Positions 11,749 to 26,434 of a stretch of DNA of 64,000 nt are shown here, in pieces; positions within the stretch are counted from its first letter, which is position 1, and every line of letters begins with the position of its first letter. The notes beneath the pieces were generated by a model. It made no database searches and had not been told where the DNA came from. It saw nothing but the letters and a program-made list of their open reading frames with translations. This DNA is from Eledone cirrhosa (lineage: Eukaryota), in the NCBI GenBank assembly GCA_964016885.1, contig OZ024742.1, forward strand, positions 197,718,001-197,782,000, in the 5' to 3' direction. Made by a program: the position numbers and the translations under genes.

Positions 11749-11995
11749 AACCCTTTCATTACCAATTTTCTAATGAAAGACACTGCTAATAATTTTCAAA
11801 TCATTTTAAAAGTTATGAAGAATTTCGAGTGATTTAGTAATATAACGACCTGGTGTTTGGAACATTAAAGTTCTTTCATGAAATTATGATGAAAGGAATT
11901 CATATAAATATATACACTTAGAAAAAAAAACAGAAAACAGTTTAGTATCATAGAACCAGGGCTGGTTTTGGGCAGTTTAGTATCAAAAGGTTTAA
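11749..11995. mobile_element. TTAA-flanked piggyBac-like MITE, family 1
   Basis: Termini (ttaa)ccctttt...aaagg(g)ttaa with a shared interior. Related copies lie at 29491-29729, 36138-36390, 41970-42467, 42743-43253 and 43684-44055. Confidence 0.7.
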
Positions 11996-12654
11996 ACATT
12001 ACTTAGCTGAGGGACATGGGAAAGGAGATAGTCTCAGACAGGAGACCTGATCTGAATACTTGTAACAGATTGGACTGTACTAAAGCAGTGGTGTGGGGCT
12101 TCTATCACCATGAGGGTGCTGGGAGACTCAAGAAGGGCACTGAAAGGCAAGTAGTAGTGAGGGAAGAAAGGGGCAAAGAATACAAATTAATAGTTGGTCA
12201 TAAAACTTTTACCTTTAGTTACTTAATAAATACTTGAATTTAAAATATTAAAACTAATTTTCAATGTACAATTTTTTTATCAACCTTACAGTGTATGTGT
12301 GGTGCATTGATGAAATATTCTCTCAAAAGTAGTGTGGTTGTGGTGGGGAGGAGGCAATAATCTCCCAAAATCTGGAAAACTTTGCAATACAGTCAGGGCT
12401 AGTGCCTGGGTATTTAGCACCCCAGGTTAGCCCTACAATGTGCACACACTTCTGATGATTAAAATAATTTCAACTTACAATTTTCAAACTAACAAACCCA
12501 ATTTTTAACACTTTTTTGCTCTGACTACACTAAGAAAATTACTAATCCTGCATGTTCTACTACAAAGTCCAAAACCATGTTACAGGTCATAACACCATAT
12601 AACCCTCCCCACCACTTTGGACATTTCCATAATGCTGTTCTGTAGCAAGGATGT

Positions 12655-13191
12655 TTCACTCCTTAGCATTTAAACCGTTTGTATCTGGCCAGAATTATCT
12701 CACCTCTTTCTGTTCAAACAAGCCATAACTGGCCGCTCATACTGATGTTAAGGTATTGTTCCCAAGATAAATAATATCAAAATATCATAGATTCGAAATT
12801 ATGTGATATAATAACTGTGATAAAACTTTTACTGCGAAAATACAATAGTATATATAGAGTAAAGTAAATGCTAAAGGGCTAATGATTTGTTTATTGATTG
12901 CAGGAAATTATTATATATTTAATGTTAGTAATGCACCTCTCTGAGATCTGTGGCCTAGGTGTTTCTCTAGTTAACTTTAACCTTTTAGTAGTCACATTAC
13001 TCTATATATACTATTGTATTTTCATGGTAAATGCTTTATCTCACATAATATCGAATCTATGAGATTTTGAAAGTATTTATTTTGAGAACAATACCTTAAC
13101 ATCAGTTTGAGCGACCAGTTACAGCCAGTTTCAACAGAAAAAGGTAGAGAATTCTAGCCAGTTTTGACCGGTTTGAACATTAAAGGGTTAA
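12655..13191. mobile_element. Two inverted copies of TTAA MITE family 2 (12655-12882 and 12977-13191)
   Basis: Both have ccttt(t)ag...taaagggttaa termini and shared interiors in opposite orientation. A third copy lies at about 49459-49636. Confidence 0.65.
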
Positions 13192-13516
13192 TGGTAGTGC
13201 CATTCCAGATAATGATACCCAATGGCCTGATGGTAGTAAAGTTAATTTTCTTTTCAACTCCATAAAGTTTTTAATTATAATTAAATATATATATATATAT
13301 ATAGGAGGTGAGTTTTATTGTAGTACAATAAAGCAATGCAGATATCGGATAAGAAGCACTCTACAGTTTGTAGGACTGGAGTATACATAATATATAAGAA
13401 ATGCGCATAATAAAATACATGGAACTCTTTTAACCATCTTTTGTTCTTATATATTATATATATATATATATATGGAATACTGTTAGCTTCTCGCCACAAC
13501 AATTTCTATACTTTTC

Positions 13517-13603
<87 letters not shown>

Positions 13604-14944
13604 AATATACATATGTAAATATACAAATCCAGAATCAGCAAATTTACCCCTTAATTAGGTGAAATTTACTGTCAGGTTAAGACATACACAATTGTGACAA
13701 TGTCTGTAATGGCTGAGGTAAAAAAAGAAAGGTAAAAGGCCTTTAACTCTTGATGGAGTCATAGGGGCACAGTCCAGACATATGGCATGTCTTAGGTATT
13801 TTAAAACCTGACAGAGCCCATCCCTTTCCGGGTTGTAACACAGCATATGTCTTTTTCTTAGAGAGAGTGGGAGTGGTAAGATGATAAAGAGATATAATGT
13901 AAGAATTGACACCAGTACAAGACTGGTACTTCATCAACATCAAAAGGATTAGAAACAAAATAGAGCTTGGTGGGATTTTGAAGTTACAGAACAAATACCA
14001 AGGCATTTTTTTTTTATCCGACGCCATAATGACTCTGCCAATTCATTGCCTCAGTAGTAAAGGAGGAGGCTATAGACCATTTAAAACAAAATTATGCAAT
14101 GTCAGCCTATATTCTTAGAGACACACCTTACTTTCCTCTATAATGGGGGAAGAAGGAGGAGGAAGAGGAGGAGAAGAGCTTAAAGCATAAAAGATATTTT
14201 TGCATGCTAACTACACCAACATCAGACATATGTCAATGGGTATGTGTGTGTGCGCTAACTTAAACAGACACTCGCACATATAGGTCTGCATGAACACACA
14301 TATACACACACCATCACAGATATACAGACATCCATATGCACAGATATTCACACAGAGACTCACTCACAGAAACACATACATGTGCACACACAACAGACAT
14401 GCATATAAATACACTACATACATGTGCACACACTACATAGACACACATATATACATATACACCGGAGACACGCACAGTGAAATGATAATAATACCTTGGT
14501 GTATTAAGTAGTTTGTTGTTATATGTAGTAAAACCATTTGTTCACCCCTGAGTGAAGAAGACAGCTCTTGTCTTTAAACTAATTAGCAGAAGCTGATAAC
14601 TTCACAGTGAAAATTCAACTCCTCAAACAGCCGACTATTGTGGTTTACATTCAGAGAGATCAGCCTGTCATCTCAACTGTTTTTATACCAAACTGCTCCT
14701 GGTTTTACAATACAAAACTGTTTGTTTTACAATGTCTATGTCATGTACCACATTAGTAAGACATTCTTGAGGAATACAGAACAGCAATATGACTGCATCA
14801 CATTAAAAATCAAAGTCTTGACTCTAATATTGTAAGAATATTTCTTAAGCTATGCTTCAAACACCAGCTTAATGAGAAAGTTAGTTATATTATATATATA
14901 TATATATATATACATACATACACATATTTATATGTATACACACA

Positions 14945-16260
14945 CATTTGGATTTATCCCTAACTCCAGCTGCTGTGATCAACTTATCGAGTTTCTTGAA
15001 GACATCACCCGGATCACTGGTGGCAGTCATGGGTGGATGTTGTTTACCTTGACTTTGCTAAAGCTTTCAATTCTGTGCCACACAAAAGACTTATGGCAAA
15101 ACTCCCTGCAATGGCTGCGAAGGATGTTCTTTTTAACTGGTTGAAGTCGTTCATTCTCAGTCAAAGAGAGGTAGTCATTGTTCTAGGACAGCATTCCTCA
15201 CTGTATGAGATGTCATCTGGTGTACCACAGGGATCTGTTCTTGGCCCCCTTTTGTTTGTGGCATATATTAATGACATAGATGCCAACTTAAAGAATGTCA
15301 CAGTACTGAAATATGCAGATGACATCAAGCTGTACCTTGAGATAAAAAGGACAGATCCTGACCACTATAGATCTTGCCTGCAGTCTGACCTGGACACAAT
15401 GCAACAATGGATCATGGACTAGCAACTCAAGCTGGCTGTGGACAAGTGTACCACCATGCATTTTGGGAGGAAAAACCCAGCGCTCACATACTCCCTCCAC
15501 AACACTAATATCAAGAAGTCTTCTTGTGAATGTGACCTAGGCATTGTCAGCAGCGATTTGTGTTGGACAAAGCACTTCTCTAAAATTGTCAAGAAGGCTG
15601 AGGGTGTCTTAGCATCACTCAGCAAGACTTTGTCAGCCGCTCTCCAGCTATCTATTTAAAGCTGTATATAGCTATGGTGCGGCCACACTTGGAATTTACA
15701 TCACCAGTCTGGAACCCCTATCTGGCTCAGAACATAGACCGCTTGGAAACTGTTCAGAGATGTGCAACCAAGCGAATACCCTCCATCTACCATATTCTGA
15801 ATGCCTTGCTTCCCTGGGCATGGATACATTGAAGCTCCGATGTCAGGCAACTGACTTGGTAAACACCCACCAAATTATTAACCATCTTGCCAACAAAAAC
15901 CCTGAGTACCTTTTTGATTGACATGTGTCTAACACACGTGGGCATGGCAACAAAGTCAGAAAATGGGACAGTTCCCATGACTTTCGGAAACATTTTTTCA
16001 CACTCTTTTCACACAGTTGCTGAAGCATGGAACAAACTACCTGCATCAGTTGTTAGCTGTTGAGACACTGCATCCTTTAAAACCTCAATGCTTCCTGAGA
16101 TTCGCCAACACTACACCTAATATTCCTCCTATATCATGACTCATACACTATTCGCTTTCCTGACATTTGTACATTATTCTATTATACTATACATGCAACT
16201 TTGATGAGTTGTAGTGCGCCTGAGCACTGTATACAATAATTTAATTATTATTATTATTAT
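14945..16260 (+). mobile_element. CR1-type LINE 3' fragment (degenerate RT)
   Basis: Motifs DVVYLDFAKAFNSVPH, SGVPQGSVLGPLLF and YADDIKL, with stops and frameshifts and a (TTA)n tail. The same 3' end recurs at 28925-29318. Confidence 0.9.
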
Positions 16261-16309
16261 ATATATATGTGTGTGTGTATATATATACACAGATAGAGAA
16301 ATGGCTCTC

Positions 16310-16810
16310 ACTTGAGTGTGCATGTGTGCTTGTATCCCTTGCGTGCATGTCTGTGTTCAAGTGGCACCTGGTGCCAGGGCTGTGGTGCCATCAGTATTGA
16401 ATGTTTCCTAACATTTACTCTGCCCTCATCAATCACACTTCTATACTCTCACAGTAGCCAACTCCATTACAATCAATACCAATCCTTCGTCACTTTGCAC
16501 AGACAACCAAACAAACCTACACATGCACACTCACATGTCCACTCAAAATATAGAATGGTTATCTCCCATTCTAATCCTCTCTAATACCTAAGATACCTAC
16601 TGACCAGCATATCTCAAAAATGGTGTGTTTCTTTCTCAAAAATTTGTTTTCCTTCCTCTTCTCATCTATTTCATCTTTTCTTTCTCGTTCTTCTGATGAA
16701 GGATTAGTGTCTGAGACATAAAGACTTTTTCTACTATATCAAGCATTAAACCAATATACTTCTTCATTATTTTGTGTTGTTTGCTTTGTTGTTTCTGTTT
16801 ACTTTTAGCA
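16310..16810 (+). mobile_element. Possible Penelope-like 3' relic
   Basis: A degenerate hammerhead-like motif CTGATGAaggattagtgtctGAGACata lies at 16693-16720, after a pyrimidine-rich tract. Confidence 0.4.
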
Positions 16811-16924
16811 TACACAAACACACACAGGGTGACCGAACTCACAACGAAGTGATCCTGGAATGAACTTCTTACCACGCACCCATGCCTATCTTAGACAAGT
16901 ATCTTACTATAGCTTCTAATAATC

Positions 16925-17430
16925 CTTTCTAATTTAGGCACAAGGTCAGTAATTTTAAAGATTAAAAAAAAACATTGGTTATTTCAACCCAAGTACCTGA
17001 CTAGTACTTTATTTTATTGCCCCCACTCCCACCCCCAGAAGGATAAAATGCAAAGTTGACTTTGGTGTGATTTGAACTCAGAATGTAAAAAGCCAAAACA
17101 TATACTGAAAGTCATTTATTTGATGCTCAGAAGATTCTGCCAATTCACTAGCCTGATCTAGTTCTTTATTTTATGAACCACGGAAGGTTAAAAGACAAAA
17201 TTGACCAGGATTTGAACTCAGAATTCAAAGAACCAGGACAAATACAGTAAGGCATCTCATCCAATGATTTAACAATTACAGCAATCTGCTATGCTAGACT
17301 GGTACTTTATTCTATCAAATCCCCCAAAAGTATGAAAGGCAATGTTGATGTTGACAGGACTTGAACTCAGAAGACACAGCACCAAAAATATATACTGCTC
17401 TAACAGTTATGCCAATCCACCAATCTAAAC
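16925..17430 (-). mobile_element. Tandem degenerate SINE family A copies
   Basis: Repeated blocks of tactttattttat...gatttgaactcagaa. Confidence 0.7.
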
Positions 17431-18170
17431 TTCTACTATATTCTATAAATCTTCCGAAATTATGAAATGTAAAATTAGCCACGATAGAGAACCAGAAGAA
17501 ATACTGGAAGGCAATATTATGGTGCAGTGTGTATCCTGGTTTGTAGAACAGGTATAGTATCTCTCTCTGAATGTCATCAGAAGCAACTAAAAAGGATGCT
17601 GTCAGGGAGAGTATCCAACTATAAAACATCCCGTCCAAACCATGGTGTCATGGAAAATTGGATATCAAAATAATGATGGCAATGATGATGTTTTAACGAC
17701 TCAATTCAAAATAAAATGAAAAAAAAAGTTATTGTTTGACCTAACGAACTAATGCACTATATGAATAAGTTAAATTAGTTTAATTTATAAAATTAGAAAA
17801 ATGAATAGTGATAAAGATAATTATGTTCAAAATCATATGATCCTAGTACACAATTGGTACTTTATCAACCTTGAAAAGATGGAGGGCAAAGTTGACCTCA
17901 ATGGGATTTGGACTCAGTATGCAGAGAGCCAAAACAAATACCACTTCTAATGACTCTATGAATCCAACACGAATGCACTAAAACCATTCTTGATATTTAG
18001 AATATATGTGTTAAAGTTATTACTGCTTAGGACACCTCATATCTGAGATTTAAGATCTATCTTACAGTGTATGTGTGTGTGAGAGAGAGAGAGAGTGGGG
18101 AGGAGAGAGAAGAAAGAGAGAGAGGGGGAGAGAAAGATAGAAGTTTGTATGTGTGTGGTGGGAGAGATAG

Positions 18171-18279
<109 letters not shown>

Positions 18280-19505
18280 GGTATGTATGTCCAGTGGTCC
18301 CAGAGAGAAAAGCTATTTGGAATTTATTAAGTAAAACTGTTCAAATTTAGATAGTATATAGTATAATATAATATAATGAATTAAAGACCAGTGGTTCTCA
18401 GATATCCAGGTCACATTCCTGCCTTTACAATCCAAGGTTTCATCAATTTTCCCTCCATTTTGAAGTGACATCCATTATTTTACAGTACTAATCATTAAAA
18501 CAATTTATTAAAGCAAATTAAGATATTTTTTGTAAACTACATTCATAACTACACTAATAGTTGGGTATATTGGTATTGCATATCGTATATGTGTATATAT
18601 CATCCTCATCATCACTGTTTTACGTCCGTTCTTCCATGCTAGCATATCACCTGGGATAAACTACTGCTTTGGGTGGCTAGGATCTGCTTACCATCAGGAA
18701 GTTATTACATAACAACTAAGATAAACACTATTGTATATGTATATCTATACACACACTAGTCTTTTCCTATTTGGATTCTTCCTTTGGCTAACATTCATTC
18801 CTAATTCCTCTCCTGACAGCTTTAATTTGGTAGTACATGCTGTAGTGCACTTAAGCACTGTACACAATAATTTTCATTATGATTATAGTACAGTATAATA
18901 TTATAGTATAGTGTATTTTGTTTGTATAGTATAGTACAGTATAAGTTGTTATTATGGTATAGTATATTTGAAAGTATAGTATAATATAGTATATCTCGTT
19001 CTGATCGATCAACAAGATCCCAGACCTCATTCACTTGCAGAGTGGGGTGGACCTCGTCAAATCAGACCAAGGCAACAATGTTTCCATTGGTCTTTCCAGT
19101 GCAACTCATGGCAGAAGGAGCAACGTGAAATAAAGTGTCTTGCTCAAGGACACAACGCATCACCCGGTCCGAGAATTGAACTCGCAACCTCACGATTGTG
19201 AATCCAACTCTCTAACCACTAAGGCATGCACCTTCACTACATAGTATAATATAATACAATATAATTTGTTAATATGGTATAATTATTTAGCTTATTATGA
19301 TAATTTAGTATAATTATAATTTGTAAGTATAGTAGAGTAATTTGTGAGTTTAACATAGTATAATATAGTATAGTATCACTTATTATAGTTTAGCTAGTAT
19401 AGTTTAATTTAGTATAGTAGAGTATAATAATAATTTGTTAGTATAATATATATAATATAGCATAACTTGTTAGTATAGTATAGTGTAATTTTCTTTAATA
19501 CTAAC

Positions 19506-20060
19506 CTTTGTTCGATTGACTTGTGTGTCATCACAAGGGGGTGGTGTAACATGTACCTGCGGAGTTATATGGTGTTGTAGAGGTTGGTGGTGGTGGTGTT
19601 GTTGTTGTTGGTGGACTGTTGGTTGACTTTGATGTTGATGATGTTGTTGTGAGTAAGTGTTATGTGGAGACTGCATGTGAGATGATGACGAATGCTGCTG
19701 CTGTTGCTGGTGATGATGGTGAGTCGGGTGGTGGGTAGTCTGTTGTTGAAGGTGGTGGTGGTGGTGGGGATGATGGTGCTGCTGTGAGTGTGGGCTGCGA
19801 TGGTGCATGGGAGGAGAGTAAGTGTTAACGTGGTGAGGGGCGGTAACTTGTTGTTGTGGTTGGGGTTGTTGTTGCTGTTGTTGTTGCTGGTGTCCACCGC
19901 CGCCGCCACCACCTCCTCCTCCGCCACCTCCACCTCCGCCATGAGGGTGCTGCCGGTGAGGCCCCTGGGAATACATGCACGGAAGCACACGAGAAGATGA
20001 CTGGGAGGATGCTGACCCAGAGAGACCAGTCAACCCACTGCTGGGGTTAACACAGGGAAC
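19506..20060 (-). CDS. CRTC: CRTC low-complexity exon (poly-Gly, Gln/His-rich), 185 codons
   Basis: tgtgtcttag|gtt ccc tgt ... cga aca aag|gttagt, 555 nt, phase 0/0, in frame with ORF 19470..20033. It is a GC-rich island in AT-rich intron and uses mixed synonymous codons in the G/Q/H tracts. The assignment rests on strand, phase and position rather than motif conservation. Confidence 0.8.
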
Positions 20061-20164
20061 CTAAGACACAGGGAACAACAAAAAAAATCTGCAAACGGCA
20101 ACACAAAAAAAACACAGCAAACAAAAGAAAACAAAAACTAAAAATTATACATACATATATTTAT

Positions 20165-20213
<49 letters not shown>

Positions 20214-21779
20214 GAATCATGCTATGTTAGTGCTACTGCTATTTAATCTTAGCTAGTCAGGCTTAAAGATCTTTCATACACAATAAGTATATAAATTATA
20301 GCTTACACTTGTCTCTGTACCAAGGGATTAAATGTCACCAATGATGGATATAAATCCAGAAACACAGCTGGTGTTCTTACACGGCTACTGAGATAGTTGT
20401 GACATGATCACAGCTTAAAATAGTCATAGCAAGACTTCATCATCACTGTTTTACGTCCGTTCCTTCATGTTAGCATCAGGTTAGACGGGTTGTCCTGTTG
20501 TGAGCAGTATCTGGTCGGCTGACCATGCCTTGCTCATACGGGAACTGATTCTGGCTTGATTTCTACGGCTGGGTGCCCTTCCTAATACCAAACTCATTTA
20601 CAGTGAGTGCTGGGTGCTTTTTTTCCGTGGCGCCTACACATCCACTTTACAGTGTAGGCTGGGTGCTTTTTTGCCGTGGCTCTTCCACAACCACTTTGCA
20701 GTGGGAGGATGTGGAGGCATATTGTCTATATGCTTCAGCTTCGGCTTGTACCCTTAGGGGGTCGGGTCTTCTGTATTACTGCGTGACGCCAGAGGTCATG
20801 TTTATTATACATAAACCTATATATGCATACATTTATACCTCCATTATGAATCTTACTATATTAGTACTACTGCTAATATATATATATACTAGTATATAAG
20901 TTGCAGGTCCATTTTACACACATTTACAGTGTTTGGATTGAGACATACTGCAGAAACAAGGCCTTTAAAGACTGATGTGGAGAAGGATTCCATGACAACA
21001 GTGGTCATGCACAGGGTCAGTTGGTCCTAAGAAGTACACAAAAGCTTGTACCAAAGGTGCAAGATCCATCATGATTGTCGTGTTATGTTATGTATCCTGT
21101 TTTTTTTTTTTTAGAATAGGTACACTGTCTCCCAGTATGTCATAAGAGCCAAGTAAATGAGTTGATGCCAGGAATAACATCCAACTCTCAAACACTTCCT
21201 CACAAAGCACCTCATGATGAGTATGAAGCTTCTTGTGAGGACTGCACAGCTAACTTCTGCTTTAACAAGGAACATTTTGAATTGAGGCTTTTGCCACAGG
21301 TTGGTTTTTCATGTTTTCATTAGAAGAAATATGCAACTTATACACATGTATATATAGTGTCTGAGGATATATATACATATATATATATATATATAAATAT
21401 GTATGTATGTGTGAGTGTATATATATAAACAAGCATAAAACCAAAAAAAAATAATTAATAACTAAAAAATAAAACAATCCTCCAAAATAGTACAGTTGTA
21501 TTTTTTGCTTCTTTTTAATTAACACATAATTATTACCATGATCATAATGATTATTAACATTATTATTAATAATAGTTATTTTTATATAATAGCAGTTGAA
21601 ATTTGGAGGGAAAGGTGTATGTTTTATATATGAGAAGTAACATGATTTATGGGAGCAAGATATGGGTGATGAATGTGGAGTAGCAAAGAAGGGTAGAAAA
21701 AATGGAAATGAATGGTCTGATGCATGAATGGAGTACTGCTGTATTGCTGAGAGAGAGGGGCAATTGAATTGCAGGAGAT

Positions 21780-22000
21780 AGGAATAGAGCCAGTGATGAA
21801 TGTTGTGAAAAGAAATGGAATGAGATGGTTGGGTCACATGTTGAGGAAAGATAAGCGTAAGTGTACGGTGGGAATAGAGACAGTGATGAATGTTGTAAAG
21901 AGAATGGAATGAGATGGTTAGGTCATATGTTGAGGAAGGATGAAAGTAACTGTGTAATGGGAATAGAGCCAGTGATAAATGTTGCGAAGTAAAATGGATG
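21780..22000 (+). repeat. Tandem repeat of about 90 bp (2.5 copies) derived from RTE coding sequence
   Basis: ggaatagagccagtgatgaatgttg...gagatggttgggtcacatgttgaggaa starts at 21781, 21871 and about 21960. It resembles the RTE C-terminal R.RWxGH.LR segment. Confidence 0.7.
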
Positions 22001-25000
22001 TCAAATGGTGGTGATGATGATGTGTATATATATATATATATCAAGGAAGGAGGGAGTGATGACTGACAAAACTATATGTGATAACCAATAAGTAATACCA
22101 CTATAGAGGAGGCCATATACCACAAATGTGTGCGTGTGTGTATGTGTATGTAAGTGTATATATATATATATATATATATTTATTCAAGAGAGAGAGAATA
22201 TAACATGACTGCTTGAAAAATTAGTTTGGAAAGGTAATTAAATTTAGCAATGAATAAAGAGATCTCTGGAAGGTTCCAGCTGGTTAAATGAGTAATGTGG
22301 ACTACCAGGGGTAGCAATGGATACTTTGTCGGTTTGATACAGTGGGAGATATAATTGATCACTCCCACTCAAACACTCATCTTCCTTATTATTTTATATG
22401 TTTGTTTTCCAAAATATCAGATTTGATATTATGCAAGACAATTATGTGAGGTAATGCCTTTACCATGAAAATACAACAGTAAGTATAGAGTAATGTAAAT
22501 GCTAAAGGGTTAAATAGAAACCCTTTAAAATAGGTGGTTTTGTTTTTTTTTAAAACTAGAGCTAGTTTTTGGGTGGGTTGGTATCAAAAGATTACTGTTA
22601 TGGTGTGGGCAGGGTGCATTTTATTGCGGCCCAGTACTAACATGGTAATGAACAGCCTAAGTGCATTTTACCATGGCACCAGCACTACCACTTCATAGTG
22701 TATATTGGGTGCAACATACTGTGGCAGCAGCACTAACACAGTGTACCACACCCTATTATGGCGCCAACACTAGGGTGATCATTACGTCCTCTGAGGAGCA
22801 AAGAGAGGCAATAATAAGAGTAGAGTAAAAAGATCCTATCTTTGACAGCTGCATATCACTTACTGAGGGTGAACGAAAGCAAATGAAAATAGCCAGCTCA
22901 GTATGTGGGGGTAACATCTTTCATTGCATGGAGCATAAATGATGACAATGATAATTAATGGTGTAAATTATAACTAAAAATGATTTCTAATTAAGGAACA
23001 AACCAACAATTTTTTTTGTAAATTAGATTGAATCCGATACATGACTGGTACTTTATCGACCCAAAAGGATGAAAGACGAGGTTGGCCTTGGGGAGATTTG
23101 AATTCAGAGTGCAGAATACCAGAACAAATACTATAAAGCATTCTATCCAACGCTCTAGTAATTCTGCCAATTCATCACCCTAATTATGATAATTAATGGC
23201 ATAAATTATGATAATGATAATTAATGGTTTAATGATTCAAATGATACAACAATGAAATAGAAAATATATGCCTAAGTAATTATTGTGTCTGAAGTTTCAA
23301 CAGCCATAGAATATCCATAGAAGGAACCCAGTTAGTGTGTGTGTGGGTTTTTTTTTTTTTAACTTTCATAAATAAAACTGATGTTACCAGAATGAAGCAA
23401 AATTTACAACTTTTCACAAATTTCAGGGGGAAATACAGTTAAAATGTGATAAAAACAAATAAATAAATTGTAACAAAAAACTTATTGCACAATGAACATG
23501 CAGGAAATTCTAAGAAAAGAAGGGAAAAAAGGGGGAGAAATGGGGAGAAAAGAAAGCAACATATACAGAGTTGGTTTCAATAATAGCAAAAACACACATA
23601 TCTACATACACACACATACATACATACATATATTTGTATAAATAGGGAAGACATTTTCTTTCAAACATGTTATATTAAAAACATGACTGTGCTCAAGTTT
23701 GATCATTTCTATTAAGGATTCTTCATATTTCCTTACTAGTTTCTTGTGTTTTATTTGAAACAGTATCATTTCTACATTAATATGTGTATGAAAGTTTTGA
23801 AATTTTCTCAGCCTTATCTTCAGGAACAGAATCGTCATATTAGTATGGCATTGCTCACACGAGTTGCAGGGATAACAAAGGATTACTATATGAAATCTTA
23901 AGTGTCAGATAAAAAAATTATTCAACGACTCATCTCTAGTATTTTTCAGTTAACCCTATCATTATCCTATTTCTGCATTTCACTTAATTTTGTAAATAAC
24001 GAAAAGAAATTGAAGAAGTCAGTAAAATAACTAAATTCCTCTTTAGTAAGCTGATGTTTCGAAAATTACTTAAAAAATTCTTAAATAACATTATAATGGA
24101 AGGTTTTAATATAAATATGAACACTTTAAAATGGGTAATTTTGTGTGATAGAGTCAGGGGCATTTTCAAGTGGTTATGTATTAAAAGGGTCAATTTCATA
24201 CTGTAACTGAGGCAGCAAATTAAAATGCTTTGTGGTATTTATTCTAGACCTCTGTGCTTTAGGGTCAAATATTGCTATGGTCTACTCGACTTCCAACCTT
24301 TATATCTTTCTTACTCTTGGGTCCCAAATATTAGGGGAGGGTGGAATAAGCGGGGGAGCTGGAATAAGCAAGGGGTTTGGAAAATCAGTAATTTTCTAGG
24401 TTGTCTCCGGGATTAGTCGTTTAGTTTACATATTGAGACCCCCTCCACCCAACCCATGCAGAGAAAATTACCTTAAAACGTTTTCTGCTATATATATTTG
24501 CATGTGTGATTATGTATAATGTATAACCATTTATATTCTGACTGCCTACCTTTACAGTATAGAAGTAAATGTTTTTTTTTTAGTTCCTATACAAACAGTA
24601 TAAAGGTAAGTTGCCCCTTTTCGGTTACACGTGTGGCTATCTTCAGAGAGGGTGAAATCTCAGGAAGTCAGATCAAAAATCATTTTTAAAAACTATTTCC
24701 TGATGCCAAACTATTTGCAACTTTTTTCATTTACTTGGTGATTCTTTCATCATTACTTCAGCCACAGGGTGAGACCATAAAAAGATGAAACATGTCACCG
24801 GCATTTAACAGGAAAATGAAAATCTTAATTAGCTAATTTTCTTTTTCATTAACCATATATATTTTTTTTCAAGTTAACATAAGTATTGTTTTCTATAAAC
24901 ATTGTAAACCCTGAATTATTTAATGTTCCAGCAGTTCTATTTTTTTTTTTTTTTTTTTGGGTGTCAACCAATATATTGTCAAAGCTCTACTTTGTTGATG

Positions 25001-25249
25001 AAGTCAGAGCAAGACTAGAACATGTCTCATATTGTTAGAGAAATGAAAAGAATACTACCAGGCCTGTGCAAAGTGGACAATAGGCCCAGGCCTGTGATCA
25101 AACAGACTTCCAAAGTTGATAATAGGCCTGTGAAATAAATGTAAATCTCTAAAGCTGGTAAAATGCCCAGGACAAATGTAAAATGTAGGCCTCCAAAACT
25201 GAAAATAAGCCCGAGCCAGGTGTAAAATTTCTCAAAGCATAGTCAACCA

Positions 25250-25700
25250 GAACAAATATCGTAAAACATCTTGCCTGGTGCTCTACCAACTTTACCAATC
25301 CACTACCCTCAACTGGTACTATTTTTTATAAAACCTCAAATATCATAAAGCATCTTCTCAGGGTCTTTACTAACTTTGCCAATCCACTACCCTCAACTGG
25401 TACTATTTTTTATAAAACCTCAAATATCATAAATCCTTTGCCTCGTGCTCTACCAACTTTGCTAATCCATTGCCCTCAACTGGTACTATTTTTTATAAAA
25501 CCTCAAATATCATAAAGCATCTTCTCAGGGTCTTTACTAATTTTGCCAATCCACTGTCCTCAACTGGTACTATATTTTATAAAACCTCAAAAGTCACAAA
25601 ACATTTTGCCTGGTGCTCTACCAACTTTGCCAATCTTCTGCTCTCAACTCAAACTAAATTTTATCAACCTCGAAAGGATGAAAGACAAAGCTGAACTCAG
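25250..25700 (-). repeat. Tandem array of about 84 bp derived from SINE family A, alternating A/B units
   Basis: cctcaaa anchors at 25334, 25418, 25501 and 25585. The array runs into a SINE body at 25660-25780. Confidence 0.85.
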
Positions 25701-26149
25701 CTGGATTTGAAACTCAGAGCACAAAAAGCCAGAATACATATTGCAAAGCATCTCATCTGATGCTCTAACAACTCTGCTACTTCAACTTAGAGAGAGAACA
25801 CAGACTTGAAATTGGTGAATAGATAGATTTCTATTCTTTTGTTGAACTAAATATGTGTGTGTGTGTGGTGGGATGTGGGAGGCAGAGATATAACATTTAT
25901 CTCTGGATCAGCAAGCATACATGCAAGCGCATATACATACACACAAACATTCACACGAACACACAGAGACAGACAGGCATATATACATAGACAGAGAGAG
26001 ATAAATACATGCACACATGTATACACACACAGAGAAACAGGCAGACATATATATATACATAAATACATGCATACATAAATACATGCACACATATATACAC
26101 ACTCACATATGTTGACAGGCAGACATATACACACATATACAGACAGATA

Positions 26150-26379
26150 GACATACACACACACAAGCACAGGCATACAAACATTCATTTGTTCAACCAC
26201 ATGTACTCTAATTCTACACAAACAATTGTCTTGGTATTTTTATGTGTGGGGAGAGAGAGAGAGAGAGATAGACATACACACACACATACACACACACAAG
26301 CACAGGCATACAAACATTCATTTGTTCAACCACATGTACTCTAATTCTACACAAACAATTATCTTGGTATTTTTATGTG

Positions 26380-26385
<6 letters not shown>
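26150..26385. repeat. Local tandem duplication (about 100-130 bp)
   Basis: cacaagcacaggcatacaaacattcatttgttcaaccacatgtactctaattctacacaaacaatt..cttggtatttttatgtgtgg occurs twice. Confidence 0.85.

Positions 26386-26434
<49 letters not shown>

Noticed and set aside
19565-20050. Overlapping alternative-frame and antisense ORFs in the Q/H exon
   Set aside because: These are expected from stop-poor CAN/GGN codon composition; there is no independent support.
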